Part shown: piece by piece, positions 21,328 through 30,905 of the stretch
How the letters are laid out: the number at the start of each line of letters is the position of its first letter
Position numbering within the stretch: position 1 is the first letter of the stretch
NCBI GenBank assembly: GCA_963768425.1
Contig: CAVYHV010000009.1
Location: 214,882 to 278,881 of the forward strand
DNA: 64,000 bases
DNA from: Candidatus Bathyarchaeota archaeon
GTDB taxonomy: Archaea; Thermoproteota; Bathyarchaeia; Bathyarchaeales; Bathycorpusculaceae
Reading direction: 5' to 3'
Notes under the pieces: model-generated
Told to the model about the DNA's origin: nothing
The model's database searches: none
What the model saw: only the letters and a program-made list of their open reading frames with translations
Program-made: the position numbers and the translations under genes

Positions 21328-21346
21328 TGTCCAGAAAACTGGACTT
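21328..21346. promoter_or_regulatory. Palindrome GTCCAG-AAAA-CTGGAC, putative operator
   Basis: Reverse complement matches 20290-20308 at 17 of 19 positions, with symmetric changes. Confidence 0.55.
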
Positions 21347-21399
21347 ACAGAAAATTCTCTTATTCTTTTTTGTTTTTTGTATAAGCGAATTTGGGGACA

Positions 21400-23033
21400 G
21401 AGACCGTGTGAAAATTCATCGTTTACTCTGAGCATGGAGACGCTTCAAGCTTGCTAAAACCATGTTTCTCTTCCCTTCCACTTTTTGCTTCCTGACTTCA
21501 CCAGAAAACCCGCATGAACCCGGGTCCAAGAATGTTCAGAACCCGCCTAATATTGTAGGCCAGCACAGTGTAGCCGACTTCTCCACATACTTTCCTAAGT
21601 CCCTTGAGCAGAAGATAACCTTGATTGAAAGCTCGCTTCATAGTCCCAAACGGATGTTCCACAAGACTCTTCCTCAAAGCCATCCTCTTAGGCTCACGAA
21701 GCATCCTTTCCCTCAACTCATCAAGCACTTCAGCGTGTTCCCAACGCCACAACGTCCGCCCATGCTTATTCAACGTACACTTCGTCATGAAAAACTCACA
21801 GCAGAAGCACGCCTCAGTCCTGTAGACTCGAATGTTCTTTTGATGAGCATGATCCAAATAGCTGAAAACAAGCTTATTTCCCGCTGGACAAACAAACGTA
21901 TCCGTTCCCAGATCGTAGACGAATTTATCAACATGGAATTCTCGGGTCGGAACACCCTTCCTCTTGACAAAACCAGCACCGTACCGATTCTGTTCTGGCA
22001 CATAAGGAACAATGCCGTTATCAACGCAGTCTTTGATTTGAACAAAACTGAAGTATCCCTTGTCAGCAACAGCCTCTAGACTTTTTGCTCCGAGCATCTC
22101 CTTAGCGCCTATAGCCATGGAGCTGAGCTGGCAATTATCAGCCGGAGCATTGGTCACGTTGTAATCCACAATCAAATGATTCTTATCATCAACCGCAACC
22201 TGACCGTTATAACAAGGCTCAATTCTACCTCGATTCTTCATCAGCCTACAGTCAGGGTCAACCTGTGATATCTCGTTCTGCTTGGATTCTTTGAGCTTGG
22301 CCAGAATATCGGAGTATTCTTCTTTGCGTTTCATGAGTTTTTGGACTTTTTCCTGAATCACTTCAACACGTTTATGGTTGGCCTGCTCTTCTCTGCGATC
22401 TTCTTCCTCAACCTCGGCTAAGTACTTTGATACTTGTTTGTCGATCTCTTTCATTCTGTAATCGAGTTTTTTGCGGTTGAAGTTGCGGTCAAGACCGTTG
22501 ACGGCCTTGAATTTGGTTCCGTCTACAGCGATGCATTTGGCTCCGTAAAGATCTAAGCGCATGCAGAGTTTAACGAATTCTCGAAAGACGCCTTTCACGC
22601 AGTCAATGTTGTCTTTTCTGAAGTCAGCGATTGTTTTGAAGTCTGGAGTTAGCTTTTTCATCAACCACATGACCTCAAGGTTTCGATGGCACTCACGTTC
22701 CAGCTTTCTGCTTGAACGAACCTGATTCAGGTATCCGTAAACATAGAGTTTTAGAAGGTCCGCGGGGTCGTATGAGGGTCTTCCAACCTCAGCTGGTACA
22801 GAATGCTTGAAGCCGAGTTTCTTCAAGTTGAGGCTGTCAACGAAGGCGTCAATGAATCTGACTGGGTTTTCTTTATCCACATATTCTTCGAGCGTTTCTG
22901 GGAAGAGGGCTGTCTGGTTTCTGTTGTGGCCTTCTACATGTTCGCTCATGGCTCATCAGTTGCTTTAAAGCTAGTCTAGATTTAAGGTTAACGGTTAGTT
23001 GCCAACGACTAAAACAGGTTTTCACACGGTCTC
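21400..23033 (-). mobile_element. IS1182-family insertion sequence
   Basis: 15-bp terminal IRs GAGACCGTGTGAAAA (21400-21414 / 23019-23033) and 4-bp target duplication GACA (21396-21399, 23034-23037). Confidence 0.92.
21498..22949 (-). CDS. IS1182-family DDE transposase
   Basis: GRPSYDP..LLKLYVYGY..SSRKLE, PDFKTIADFR, AVDGTK, ADKGY, CPAG, VEHPFGTMK. Confidence 0.93.
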   Translation of the reverse strand: MSEHVEGHNRNQTALFPETLEEYVDKENPVRFIDAFVDSLNLKKLGFKHSVPAEVGRPSYDPADLLKLYVYGYLNQVRSSRKLERECHRNLEVMWLMKKLTPDFKTIADFRKDNIDCVKGVFREFVKLCMRLDLYGAKCIAVDGTKFKAVNGLDRNFNRKKLDYRMKEIDKQVSKYLAEVEEEDRREEQANHKRVEVIQEKVQKLMKRKEEYSDILAKLKESKQNEISQVDPDCRLMKNRGRIEPCYNGQVAVDDKNHLIVDYNVTNAPADNCQLSSMAIGAKEMLGAKSLEAVADKGYFSFVQIKDCVDNGIVPYVPEQNRYGAGFVKRKGVPTREFHVDKFVYDLGTDTFVCPAGNKLVFSYLDHAHQKNIRVYRTEACFCCEFFMTKCTLNKHGRTLWRWEHAEVLDELRERMLREPKRMALRKSLVEHPFGTMKRAFNQGYLLLKGLRKVCGEVGYTVLAYNIRRVLNILGPGFMRVFW

Positions 23034-23047
23034 GACAAGCCAGCGCG

Positions 23048-23683
23048 CTAATATATGGTTCCGTCAAGCCATGTTAGAGGTCCAGTGTAGGGTTGAGTTC
23101 CAACATCAACAATGGTGCTGAGGCAAGTTGAAGGTAGGCCAAGAACGTATAACCCATCTGACCCTCCTGAAGTGACAGTGTAGTTAACAACCACTTGAAA
23201 ATAGCTCACAAATGTCACACCTGATTCAATAATACTCAATCCGGAGCCAGTTCCAAGCGTGCCATTCGACAAAACATTTAACACGCTAACTGGATTTCCA
23301 AAAACCGGATTAAATATGGGCACAGTCAAATTGTTAAAGCCGATTCCCGTATACGTAACCGTAAATTCACCCACGCTGTTCCGTAACAGAACAAATTCAA
23401 TTGTTCCCGAAGTAGGATAAACGGTCGTCACGAAACCGGTCGAGTTCGAAAAAGACAATGTCGCGTATATCATAGGACCGTTGCGCGCAATTGGACCAGC
23501 AGTTTCCTGGGGAGACGTTCCAACGGTTTGCCCAACAGTTGAAGCATCAGTTTTCTGAGGTGATGGCGCCTTCTGCTTTTGAGGCGGGTAGCCAAATTGA
23601 TAGTAAAGCGGAACCAACATTACAGCGATTAGAACTGCCACTGTTACGTAAAGCCATGCGTGTTTCCTAATCCCTTTTTGCAT
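23048..23683 (-). CDS. Membrane-anchored hypothetical protein
   Basis: N-terminal TM, beta-rich body, 211 aa. Confidence 0.65.
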   Translation of the reverse strand: MQKGIRKHAWLYVTVAVLIAVMLVPLYYQFGYPPQKQKAPSPQKTDASTVGQTVGTSPQETAGPIARNGPMIYATLSFSNSTGFVTTVYPTSGTIEFVLLRNSVGEFTVTYTGIGFNNLTVPIFNPVFGNPVSVLNVLSNGTLGTGSGLSIIESGVTFVSYFQVVVNYTVTSGGSDGLYVLGLPSTCLSTIVDVGTQPYTGPLTWLDGTIY

Positions 23684-23779
23684 CTGAAGATCACTAAACG
23701 ATGATGGGTGAACGTTGTTATTAATTCTAAGCTACAGAACAAATTGCTTTCAAGGTGTCCAACTTTTGAACGGACCTGT

Positions 23780-23870
23780 TTCGGTGTTGTTTTGTCTCCT
23801 GCTGTTGTAGCTGGTGTAGTTTTCTCAGGCTCTGATTCTGATAACGTTTATGCACTGGGCTCGGCTGCTT
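23780..23870 (+). pseudogene. Fragment of a PQQ-type beta-propeller repeat
   Basis: VLSPAVVAGVVFSGSDSDNVYALG resembles one PQQ blade; no surrounding gene. Confidence 0.4.
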
Positions 23871-24208
23871 CTTCTCACCTATTCCAACGCCTTCGTCAAG
23901 TTCCGAAGAGATAAAATGCTTTCAAGCATTGCAAAGGAGAAAAGCGTTGGCGGTAGAGTGAGCGACAAATTAGTTAATGCTCGCGTGCCTTGTCCCGATA
24001 CTATTATTGCTAAGAAAATGGATGGTAAATCGCAATCTATTAGACCGAGTTTTGGGGAGTTTCAACGATCAAAGGAAAACGCCAATGCGGGAAAATGTCT
24101 CTGAAAGAATTCGATCGTGTTTGGGATGTATCAAATTTGGATATATGTTTGTGATCGAAATAAGTGATTTATTAAGACATAATATTCTTGAAGTTGGGCG
24201 AAACTAGA

Positions 24209-24409
24209 ATGGAGAAAATAACCGTTAATTTGCTTGAACTCTCTGATTCTCAAAGAAACGAAGTATTGGCGCAAGCTAAAGCCTATCTGCAACAGCAAGT
24301 GCAAGAAGAGACGTATAACAGGTATGTTGTAACGGTCCTCCAAAAACACGGACTTGGAATAGGGGAAGAAAGGACATGTCGTCACGTAAACCCCAAGAAT
24401 TTGCGGTAA
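24209..24409 (+). CDS. Small hypothetical protein
   Basis: MEKITVNLLELSDSQRNEVL...; part of a chain of overlapping small ORFs. Confidence 0.5.
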   Translation: MEKITVNLLELSDSQRNEVLAQAKAYLQQQVQEETYNRYVVTVLQKHGLGIGEERTCRHVNPKNLR

Positions 24410-24663
24410 ATTCGCCTATATTGACCGATTTAAATGTGGAGAAATATTTTGAATCTGTTGGTAAAGGGAAAGCTAGTCAAAAAGCAAAGCCTCACGAATT
24501 TGAAATAAATTTACCTCTATTAAGCGACTTAAAAGTGGAGGAATCCCTCAATGGTTGCGTCGGCTTTTTCAACTGCTCGGAGCCAGGCAAATGCGGCGAC
24601 TATGAGATATGCTTAAGAAAATATATGAATGGTGAAGAGAGAAACGAAACGCTAAAGCTTTAA
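24376..24663 (+). CDS. Small Cys-containing hypothetical protein with internal duplication
   Basis: KPQEFAVNSPILTDLNVE / KPHEFEINLPLLSDLKVE, followed by C-x5-C-x5-C-x5-C. Confidence 0.5.
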   Translation: MSSRKPQEFAVNSPILTDLNVEKYFESVGKGKASQKAKPHEFEINLPLLSDLKVEESLNGCVGFFNCSEPGKCGDYEICLRKYMNGEERNETLKL

Positions 24664-24767
24664 TTTTTGTTTCGAGCGCGCGCCTTAAAGTCGAGGATGA
24701 CCCACTTTTTTGAAAATTTTCACTTTTCGTGTTAGCACAGTGTATTTCCTTCCTTTTCATTAAAGAT

Positions 24768-24890
24768 TGTCTGATAGTGTCTAAAAATGTCTACTAATGT
24801 CTAATTTTGTCAAAAATTGTACCAACCTGCAACTGATTTAAGCTTCTCCGACAAAAAGCAACCCAAACTACAGATAAAAAATTGCCACGG
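24768..24890 (+). repeat. Dispersed element copy A: 10-bp-phased TGTCT array plus conserved block
   Basis: TGT at 24768, 24778, 24788, 24798, 24808, 24818, then CAACCTGCA..TGATTTAAG...CAAAAAGCAACCCAAA. Confidence 0.75.
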
Positions 24891-24949
24891 CAAAAAACCA
24901 AAATCACAATCCGCTCCCACTTCCGCAGTTTCCTCTAACATCTTCAAGA

Positions 24950-25075
24950 GATGTTTTGGGATGTTTTGGGATGTTTTGGGATGTTTTAAGATGTTTTGAG
25001 ATTTTTTGGGAGACCAGTTGCAACCTATCCAAGCCCCAAACCAAAAAAGCAACCTAAAACGCAAACAAAAAAATC
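24950..25075 (+). repeat. Dispersed element copy B: (GATGTTTTGG)n array plus conserved block
   Basis: ATGTTTT at 24951-24991 every 10 bp; CAAGCCCCAAACCAAAAAAGCAACCTAAAAC at 25030-25060. Confidence 0.8.
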
Positions 25076-25220
25076 GTTGGCATTTCCACCAAGCCACCCC
25101 ACTTCTCAAAAAATAAAACATGGGCGCCATTGAACCGGTTTTATGTTGCTTGCGCAGTATTTGGCGGCGTTTTATGCATTAATTTATAAATTGATAAAAA
25201 CATTAGAAAGTTGACTCGAA

Positions 25221-26162
25221 ATGAAACTGAGAATAAGGAAACCGAAAGATTCTTCGGACCAGCAGGACCCCGAGAAGGCGAAAGCTAAGGGGAAGCCTAA
25301 GGGGTTGGAAGTGGGCAAATTTGAAGTTTCTGAAGATAAACTAAAGTTTTTTGTCGCTAAGGGATTCGGCAAGAAACAGTGGGTCGTTGCACGAGAGATC
25401 TCCATTGCTGAAGTAGAAAGCATCACCGGCGAAGGCAACGAGTTAACCGTCACGTCTAAAGGGGTTGATGAAGCCTTCCACACAAAAGACAAGACAGGCT
25501 CCTTCACCACATTTGTTGAGCAAGTTAACGCTATGCTTGAAGCCCAACGCAGTGGACAGCAGAAAGTAGCGGAAACCAACCAGAAAACCACACAAAGAAA
25601 GGTCGAACTAATATCAGTTATTGAGAAGGCAGTTCGCATAGTTGACTTATCATTTGATGTTCTCATCGGGCTGCAGGACAAACGGATAGATTGGCAGCAG
25701 ATAGAAACCTCGGCAAGCGGACTGGGCGAAAGCCTCAACTTCACCGCCCAAACCCTACCGCCTCTGACCCTTGAATACGTAAAAATAGGTTCAGCCGCAA
25801 AAGCACAAACACCCAAGGATACCTCAAACGAAGCATTCAACCTACTAAAAACAGCATACCGGTACTTCGACAACTTGAACCCTGAAGACGACGTCAAAGA
25901 GAACCAACCGAATTTTCAAACCACCAAGAATCTGGTTTTAGCTTATTTTCTTGTAAACGATCTTTTACTCGGCAGGTTCGTCGGCGATAAAGACAACACC
26001 AGAGAAATCCACGAGCTGGACGTGGCACTGCAAAGTTTAGCTGAAGCCAACTTCATAGTTAACCTTGAAGTGCTAAAAGGCAGCCTCAACTTGGAAGACG
26101 AGAAACAAGCAGTTATCGAAGGCACCCGCGCAGTTTTCAAGGAACAGCTAAAGTACCTTTAG
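25221..26162 (+). CDS. Hypothetical protein
   Basis: 313 aa clean ORF. Confidence 0.75.
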   Translation: MKLRIRKPKDSSDQQDPEKAKAKGKPKGLEVGKFEVSEDKLKFFVAKGFGKKQWVVAREISIAEVESITGEGNELTVTSKGVDEAFHTKDKTGSFTTFVEQVNAMLEAQRSGQQKVAETNQKTTQRKVELISVIEKAVRIVDLSFDVLIGLQDKRIDWQQIETSASGLGESLNFTAQTLPPLTLEYVKIGSAAKAQTPKDTSNEAFNLLKTAYRYFDNLNPEDDVKENQPNFQTTKNLVLAYFLVNDLLLGRFVGDKDNTREIHELDVALQSLAEANFIVNLEVLKGSLNLEDEKQAVIEGTRAVFKEQLKYL

Positions 26163-26408
26163 ACTTAAGCCATTAACTAAGACAGCGGCTGCAAACGACA
26201 GATTATTCTTCTCATATCTAAACATTATTCGAAGGTATCGTAAATATTCAGATATTAGAAAAGATAATTACCAATACTTATAGTTATACCTCCACAGGGA
26301 TATTACTTAACAATTCGCTAGCTTTATCTACGTTCTCGGTCAATTACTGACTTGAGACATCTGGGGGATAAGTAGCTGTCAAATAATCCACAGTCAAAAG
26401 ACGACTCA

Positions 26409-26945
26409 TTGGAAGCCTTAGACTTCATCGTAAACGTCCTAAAAGAACACGAAAAAGACTTAGACAAACTCATAAACGAGTTAGCAACAGTAACCGAGCA
26501 GCTTGGAGACACCGGGGAAATCAGCGGCAAAGTAGAAAAAGTTGAAGAAAAAATAACTGGTCTGCAAAAGGAGGTCGCAAGCTTGATGAACTACATTTCA
26601 GGAGTCCCCAGAACCGAACTGCCGATCACAGCAAAAGAACCAAAGGAACCAATGGAAACTTCACATACATCTTCAATGGTGCCAATCCAAACTGGCGGTC
26701 CTTCAGTCATTTTTAGGTGCATGCAATGGGAAGACTTCCAGAACTTAGCATCACAAGCTCAAGCGTTATCTTTTTGCTACAAGGAAGACGACAAAACCTT
26801 TCAAGCGGACGCTCTTACGGGAAATAGGGTAGTTACCTACAGCGGCGCACTTCCAAAGTTCAACCAAATCCTAAAAGCATGGCTTTCTAAAGAACTAAAT
26901 GTAGACCAAAAAAACATTCTTGAAGGCGTTTTAGCCATAGGCTAA
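26409..26945 (+). CDS. Hypothetical protein with N-terminal coiled coil
   Basis: EALDFIVNVLKEHEKDLDKLI; 178 aa. Confidence 0.75.
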   Translation: MEALDFIVNVLKEHEKDLDKLINELATVTEQLGDTGEISGKVEKVEEKITGLQKEVASLMNYISGVPRTELPITAKEPKEPMETSHTSSMVPIQTGGPSVIFRCMQWEDFQNLASQAQALSFCYKEDDKTFQADALTGNRVVTYSGALPKFNQILKAWLSKELNVDQKNILEGVLAIG

Positions 26946-27002
26946 TCTGAATCCTCAATTCTTAACGCTTATATTAGTTTTGACGCATTTTATGTTTTGT
27001 AA

Positions 27003-27133
27003 GTGATGGAGGGCTAGTTAAGGTTGAAGGCTATACCACCTAAGCCAAAAGTTTTTTCCGTTTTCGAAGCCTTCTCCTTTCTCCTCGATGACGGATGGCA
27101 AGGGTAGCCAACACACGAAACAGCCCTCCACAC
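27003..27133 (+). ncRNA. Candidate structured small RNA (long imperfect hairpin, CU-rich loop)
   Basis: Nested stems TGGAGGGCT/AGCCCTCCA, GGCTAT/GTAGCC, GCCA/TGGC, TCCGT/ACGGA; TTATATTA box at 26969. Confidence 0.5.
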
Positions 27134-27463
27134 CAACACTTCTTCAAAAATTCAACCCCATAAAACCAAGAGCAAACGGGTTGATTGAAGCAAACACTAA
27201 CCTTATATGCAATCGCCAGCAATCATGAATTAGGCTGATTTATTTGGCAGTTGACGTTTCAAGAACAAAGAAACAAAAGCTCCCTAAAAAGCGCTTACTG
27301 AAGAAAACAAATAGAAGATAAAGCTCAATCAAGCGCCGCCTCCTTCCAGAACCCTTTAAGCAGGGTTGAATATGTGAAGTGCTGCTGCCTCTTTTCCACA
27401 TTAAGATTTTGGTTCTCAAAAGAAGTTTAGAGAAATGGATGCCCAATGGGAATCGGCGGTTTT

Positions 27464-27997
27464 TTAGGGCTGACTGTTGGGTGTTGTGAGGTACTTTAGG
27501 TGGAAAGGTTTAATTACGATTCCAGTTTTCAAGTCAGAGTGGAAAGTTTGGCTTTCAACAACCCAATCAGACAACTCTGAATCATGCGCCCTTATGAACT
27601 CGGCGAAATTCGAGAAGTCTTCGTGAAGTGAAATGCACACCGCATCCCAACCCATCCCTCTTCCATCTAAAACCAGTATCACGTTGGGCTGTTTGAGATA
27701 CCATTCTTTCATTTTCTTCAAAGATTCAGCTTTCTCGTCGCCTGTTTTAAGCTTCAGTTTACTTTTTAGAAAGGTGAAGGCTGCTATCTCAAACCCTATT
27801 TGTCCGAACTTCGGAATAACGGTGTACCCTTCTATGAAGTTTTCTTCCAGCATGGCTCTTCTTCGAGTAACTGTAGGTTGGGATACTCCAAGGGATTTGG
27901 CTAGTTGCCTATCGCTTCTATGTGAATCCTTCATTAATTCGAAAAGTATTTTGTAATCTATCGGTTTTAGTTCTTTCATTGCAACCAACTTTACCAT
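27464..27997 (-). CDS. Lrp/AsnC-family transcriptional regulator
   Basis: IDYKILFELMKDSHRSDRQLAKSLGVSQPTVTRRR..LE..IEGYT. Confidence 0.9.
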   Translation of the reverse strand: MVKLVAMKELKPIDYKILFELMKDSHRSDRQLAKSLGVSQPTVTRRRAMLEENFIEGYTVIPKFGQIGFEIAAFTFLKSKLKLKTGDEKAESLKKMKEWYLKQPNVILVLDGRGMGWDAVCISLHEDFSNFAEFIRAHDSELSDWVVESQTFHSDLKTGIVIKPFHLKYLTTPNSQP

Positions 27998-28133
27998 TCA
28001 TAGCGTTTTTGTTATCATATATAAACATCATTATTCAAACACTGAAAAACCACTGAGACAATCTACGGGCAGCGGGAACAGATAGTTTTAAGAGAAAAAA
28101 GGGTGTAGAACACCGTGAGGAGCCTTAAACCTG

Positions 28134-29492
28134 ATGTCACCACAAATTTTAATGAATGTTGAGCGGGAAGTCACTGAACTCCTGCGCATCCTAATACGGA
28201 TAAACACAACCAACCCGCCTGGTAACGAGACAGCGTCGGCAAACTATATCGCTCAGTACCTTGGAAAAGAAGGCTTCAAAACCGAAGTCATCGAATCAAC
28301 TTCGGGCAGAGGCAGCATGGTCACCAAGCTTAAGGGAACAGGTGAAAAGCCCAGCTTGCTTTTGCTTTCGCATCTTGATGTTGTCGCCGCTAACGCTCAA
28401 GAATGGTCCATTGACCCGTTTGCAGGTGAAATTAAAGATGGCTGTGTTTACGGAAGAGGAGCCTACGACATGAAATCCATGACGGTCATCGAAATAATGG
28501 TTATGAAGCTTCTAAACAAAAACCATGTACTACTCAAGGGCGACGTAGTTTTAGCTGGGACCGCCGACGAAGAACAAGGAGGCGAAGAAGGAGCAGGCTA
28601 CCTTCTGAGAAACTACAAAGAAAAAGTTTTGTGCCCATACGTTATCAACGAAGGCGGCGGATTAGCATTTCCATCCAAGAACGGCTACGTATTCCCAGTG
28701 CAGACCGCCGAGAAAGGAATTCTGTGGCTCAAAATAAAGGCAAAAGGGACGCCTGGCCACGGCTCAACGCCCAATATGGCTGACAACGCGGTTCTACGCA
28801 TGAACAAAGTTTTAAACAAATTAGGAAACTACCAGCCGCCCACCATTTACGTACCTACACTGAAAGCATTCCTAGCAGAAATAGGAACGCAAGACCCAGA
28901 GCTAAAAGAGACTTTTTCACGTTTGCTCGCAAACCCCCAAAAAAGCGAACAAATCTTAGACCAACTAGTGAAAAAAGACCACGCTTTAGCCGAAGAAATT
29001 AGGCCACGAACAAAAATGACTATTGCACCAACGATGATTCACGGTGGAGTCAAGGAAAACATTATCCCTTCAGACTGCGAGGCAGTTTTTGACTGCAGAA
29101 TCCTTCCAGGGCAAAGCATCGACGAAACGGTTGACTTAATCAAGGGGTTGCTCAAAGATGTGGGGTTAGATAAGCTGAGTTTCGAGTTTATACAGGCACA
29201 TGGCGGCTCCGAATCAACCATAAACACTGAACTTTATAGTACCATTACGGATGTTCTAAAAGAGTTTGAACCAGGCTGCGGGGTGACTCCAACACTTACC
29301 ACAGGCGGAACAGATTCGCGTTTCTTTAGGGAACTTGGAAGCGTATGCTACGGGTTTCAACCCATGATTCCTGACGAGCCCAATGACCAACTGGAAAAAC
29401 GCATGCATGGCATCGACGAACGCATTACAGTCAAAAACCTGGTGTATGGAACGAGCGTGCTTTATGAAACGGTTAAGAGATTCATGACTTAG
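28134..29492 (+). CDS. M20/M25/M40 metallo-hydrolase (ArgE/DapE-like)
   Basis: SHLDVV, GRGAYDMK, ADEE, GHGS, GGTDSR, HGIDERI. Confidence 0.92.
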   Translation: MSPQILMNVEREVTELLRILIRINTTNPPGNETASANYIAQYLGKEGFKTEVIESTSGRGSMVTKLKGTGEKPSLLLLSHLDVVAANAQEWSIDPFAGEIKDGCVYGRGAYDMKSMTVIEIMVMKLLNKNHVLLKGDVVLAGTADEEQGGEEGAGYLLRNYKEKVLCPYVINEGGGLAFPSKNGYVFPVQTAEKGILWLKIKAKGTPGHGSTPNMADNAVLRMNKVLNKLGNYQPPTIYVPTLKAFLAEIGTQDPELKETFSRLLANPQKSEQILDQLVKKDHALAEEIRPRTKMTIAPTMIHGGVKENIIPSDCEAVFDCRILPGQSIDETVDLIKGLLKDVGLDKLSFEFIQAHGGSESTINTELYSTITDVLKEFEPGCGVTPTLTTGGTDSRFFRELGSVCYGFQPMIPDEPNDQLEKRMHGIDERITVKNLVYGTSVLYETVKRFMT

Positions 29493-29783
29493 AAATCAGC
29501 GTGAAAAGATTTTGAATGCCCTAATCTTATTTGACTGCAAGTGAGCAGGGGCTTAAAAAAGCTAAGTGCAGGAAATAGATAACCAGGACACAGTCACCCT
29601 ATCTCTGAGTTTTTCTTTGTGGGTCCTTCAAGGGTCCCCTTCTTTTGTGGAAAATTCAACCCGGAATGTGCAAAGCAAAAAAATCTGCGCTAGGCGGCGA
29701 TGACATGGCACTAAAATTTTTTATACCTATATCAACCATTCTAGCAGCAGCCAAGAGAACGCAAGTTCGGTGTAAACCTCTAA

Positions 29784-30326
29784 ATGACCAGCATCCAAAC
29801 ATTAACGAACCTAAACGAAAAAAACTTTGAACCGACCAAAACAGTAGGGTTAATCTCAGACACCCATGTGCCCAAAAGAGCAGCGAAGGTGCCTCAGAGA
29901 GTATTCGACATTTTCCAAAACGTGGATTTCATCATTCACGCCGGCGATCTCGTCGAGTTATCGGTCATTGATGAGTTGGAGCAAGCTGCGCCAGTTTTAG
30001 CGGTGCACGGCAACATGGACACACTAGAAACAAACGACGTGTTGCCCAGTATTAATTCACTAAAGCTTTTCGGTTGGAAAATCGGCGTGACGCACGACCC
30101 AGACGTCCAAAACGGGTCCGACAAAATGATTTATTTTGCTCAAGAGAATGGCTTTAACGTTTTGGTTTACGGGCATACCCATTGCCCAAGGATTAATTGG
30201 GAAGGCAAGATTCTTTTTGTTAACCCTGGAAGTCCAACTGATCCGTCGTCTTTTCTTAACAAGCCATCAATTGGGTTGCTACAGGTAACGAGGAAGGCCA
30301 TAGTGCCGCAGATAGTTGAGCTCTAA
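29784..30326 (+). CDS. YfcE/MJ0936-type metallophosphoesterase
   Basis: ISDTH, HAGD, VHGNMD, GHTH, NPGS. Confidence 0.9.
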   Translation: MTSIQTLTNLNEKNFEPTKTVGLISDTHVPKRAAKVPQRVFDIFQNVDFIIHAGDLVELSVIDELEQAAPVLAVHGNMDTLETNDVLPSINSLKLFGWKIGVTHDPDVQNGSDKMIYFAQENGFNVLVYGHTHCPRINWEGKILFVNPGSPTDPSSFLNKPSIGLLQVTRKAIVPQIVEL

Positions 30327-30772
30327 CTCATCAAAGCAGTCCAGTAAAGTATTGTGAATAGGGCAATTCCCATGGCCAAAGCGGCAACCCACACTGTTAT
30401 GGTTGTTAACATTATTTTTTTTCTCTCAAAGCAGCTCTTCAAGCCGCTGTTTCTCCATGAAAGAACAAGCCACAGACCAAGAGAGACAGCTGTTATGCCA
30501 AGCGGTACATGGATCAAAGTTATTATTGATGTCAGTCCTGAGAGATGGGGAACAACGAAAACTGGGATGAGAGCTAGCACCATGGCGGGCACCATAAACG
30601 CGAAAATCACCGTTAGATGCAAGCCGAGGGCAGAAGCCATTGCCAATGCATGTTGCGGAAACTTTGCCTTGCGTTTTAGCATGTAACCGTAAAGGAGCAG
30701 AGACAAGACGGCTAATTGAATTGTGAGGCTGAGGGTGGCGAACAACAGGTAGGGATCGGTGAGAATTGACAT
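30323..30772 (-). CDS. 4-TM membrane protein (DUF420-like)
   Basis: Four hydrophobic segments with conserved-looking His residues. Confidence 0.7.
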   Translation of the reverse strand: MSILTDPYLLFATLSLTIQLAVLSLLLYGYMLKRKAKFPQHALAMASALGLHLTVIFAFMVPAMVLALIPVFVVPHLSGLTSIITLIHVPLGITAVSLGLWLVLSWRNSGLKSCFERKKIMLTTITVWVAALAMGIALFTILYWTALMS

Positions 30773-30905
30773 GCAGCTCAGCAAACAACAGGTTCCTAAA
30801 CGTATAAAGTTTCACTTTAACTCACCCCTCCTCTGCAAAAATCAGTCGCACGAACACCTGCCTTAAAAGCAAACAACGCCAAAGACGGCGTTAGAGGTCA
30901 AAAAC

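Noticed and set aside
24768-25075. Chromosomal replication origin (ORB boxes)
   Set aside because: No ORB consensus or G-string recognised and no cdc6/orc1 gene nearby; the motif recurs at several unrelated loci.
25115-25150. Possible tRNA 3' remnant CCGGTTCAATGGCGCCCA on the minus strand
   Set aside because: Too short and degenerate, and no partner att site was found.
25184-25897. Long antisense ORFs (e.g. 25184..25897, 37926..38456, 56878..57345)
   Set aside because: They overlap well-supported genes and lack recognisable motifs.
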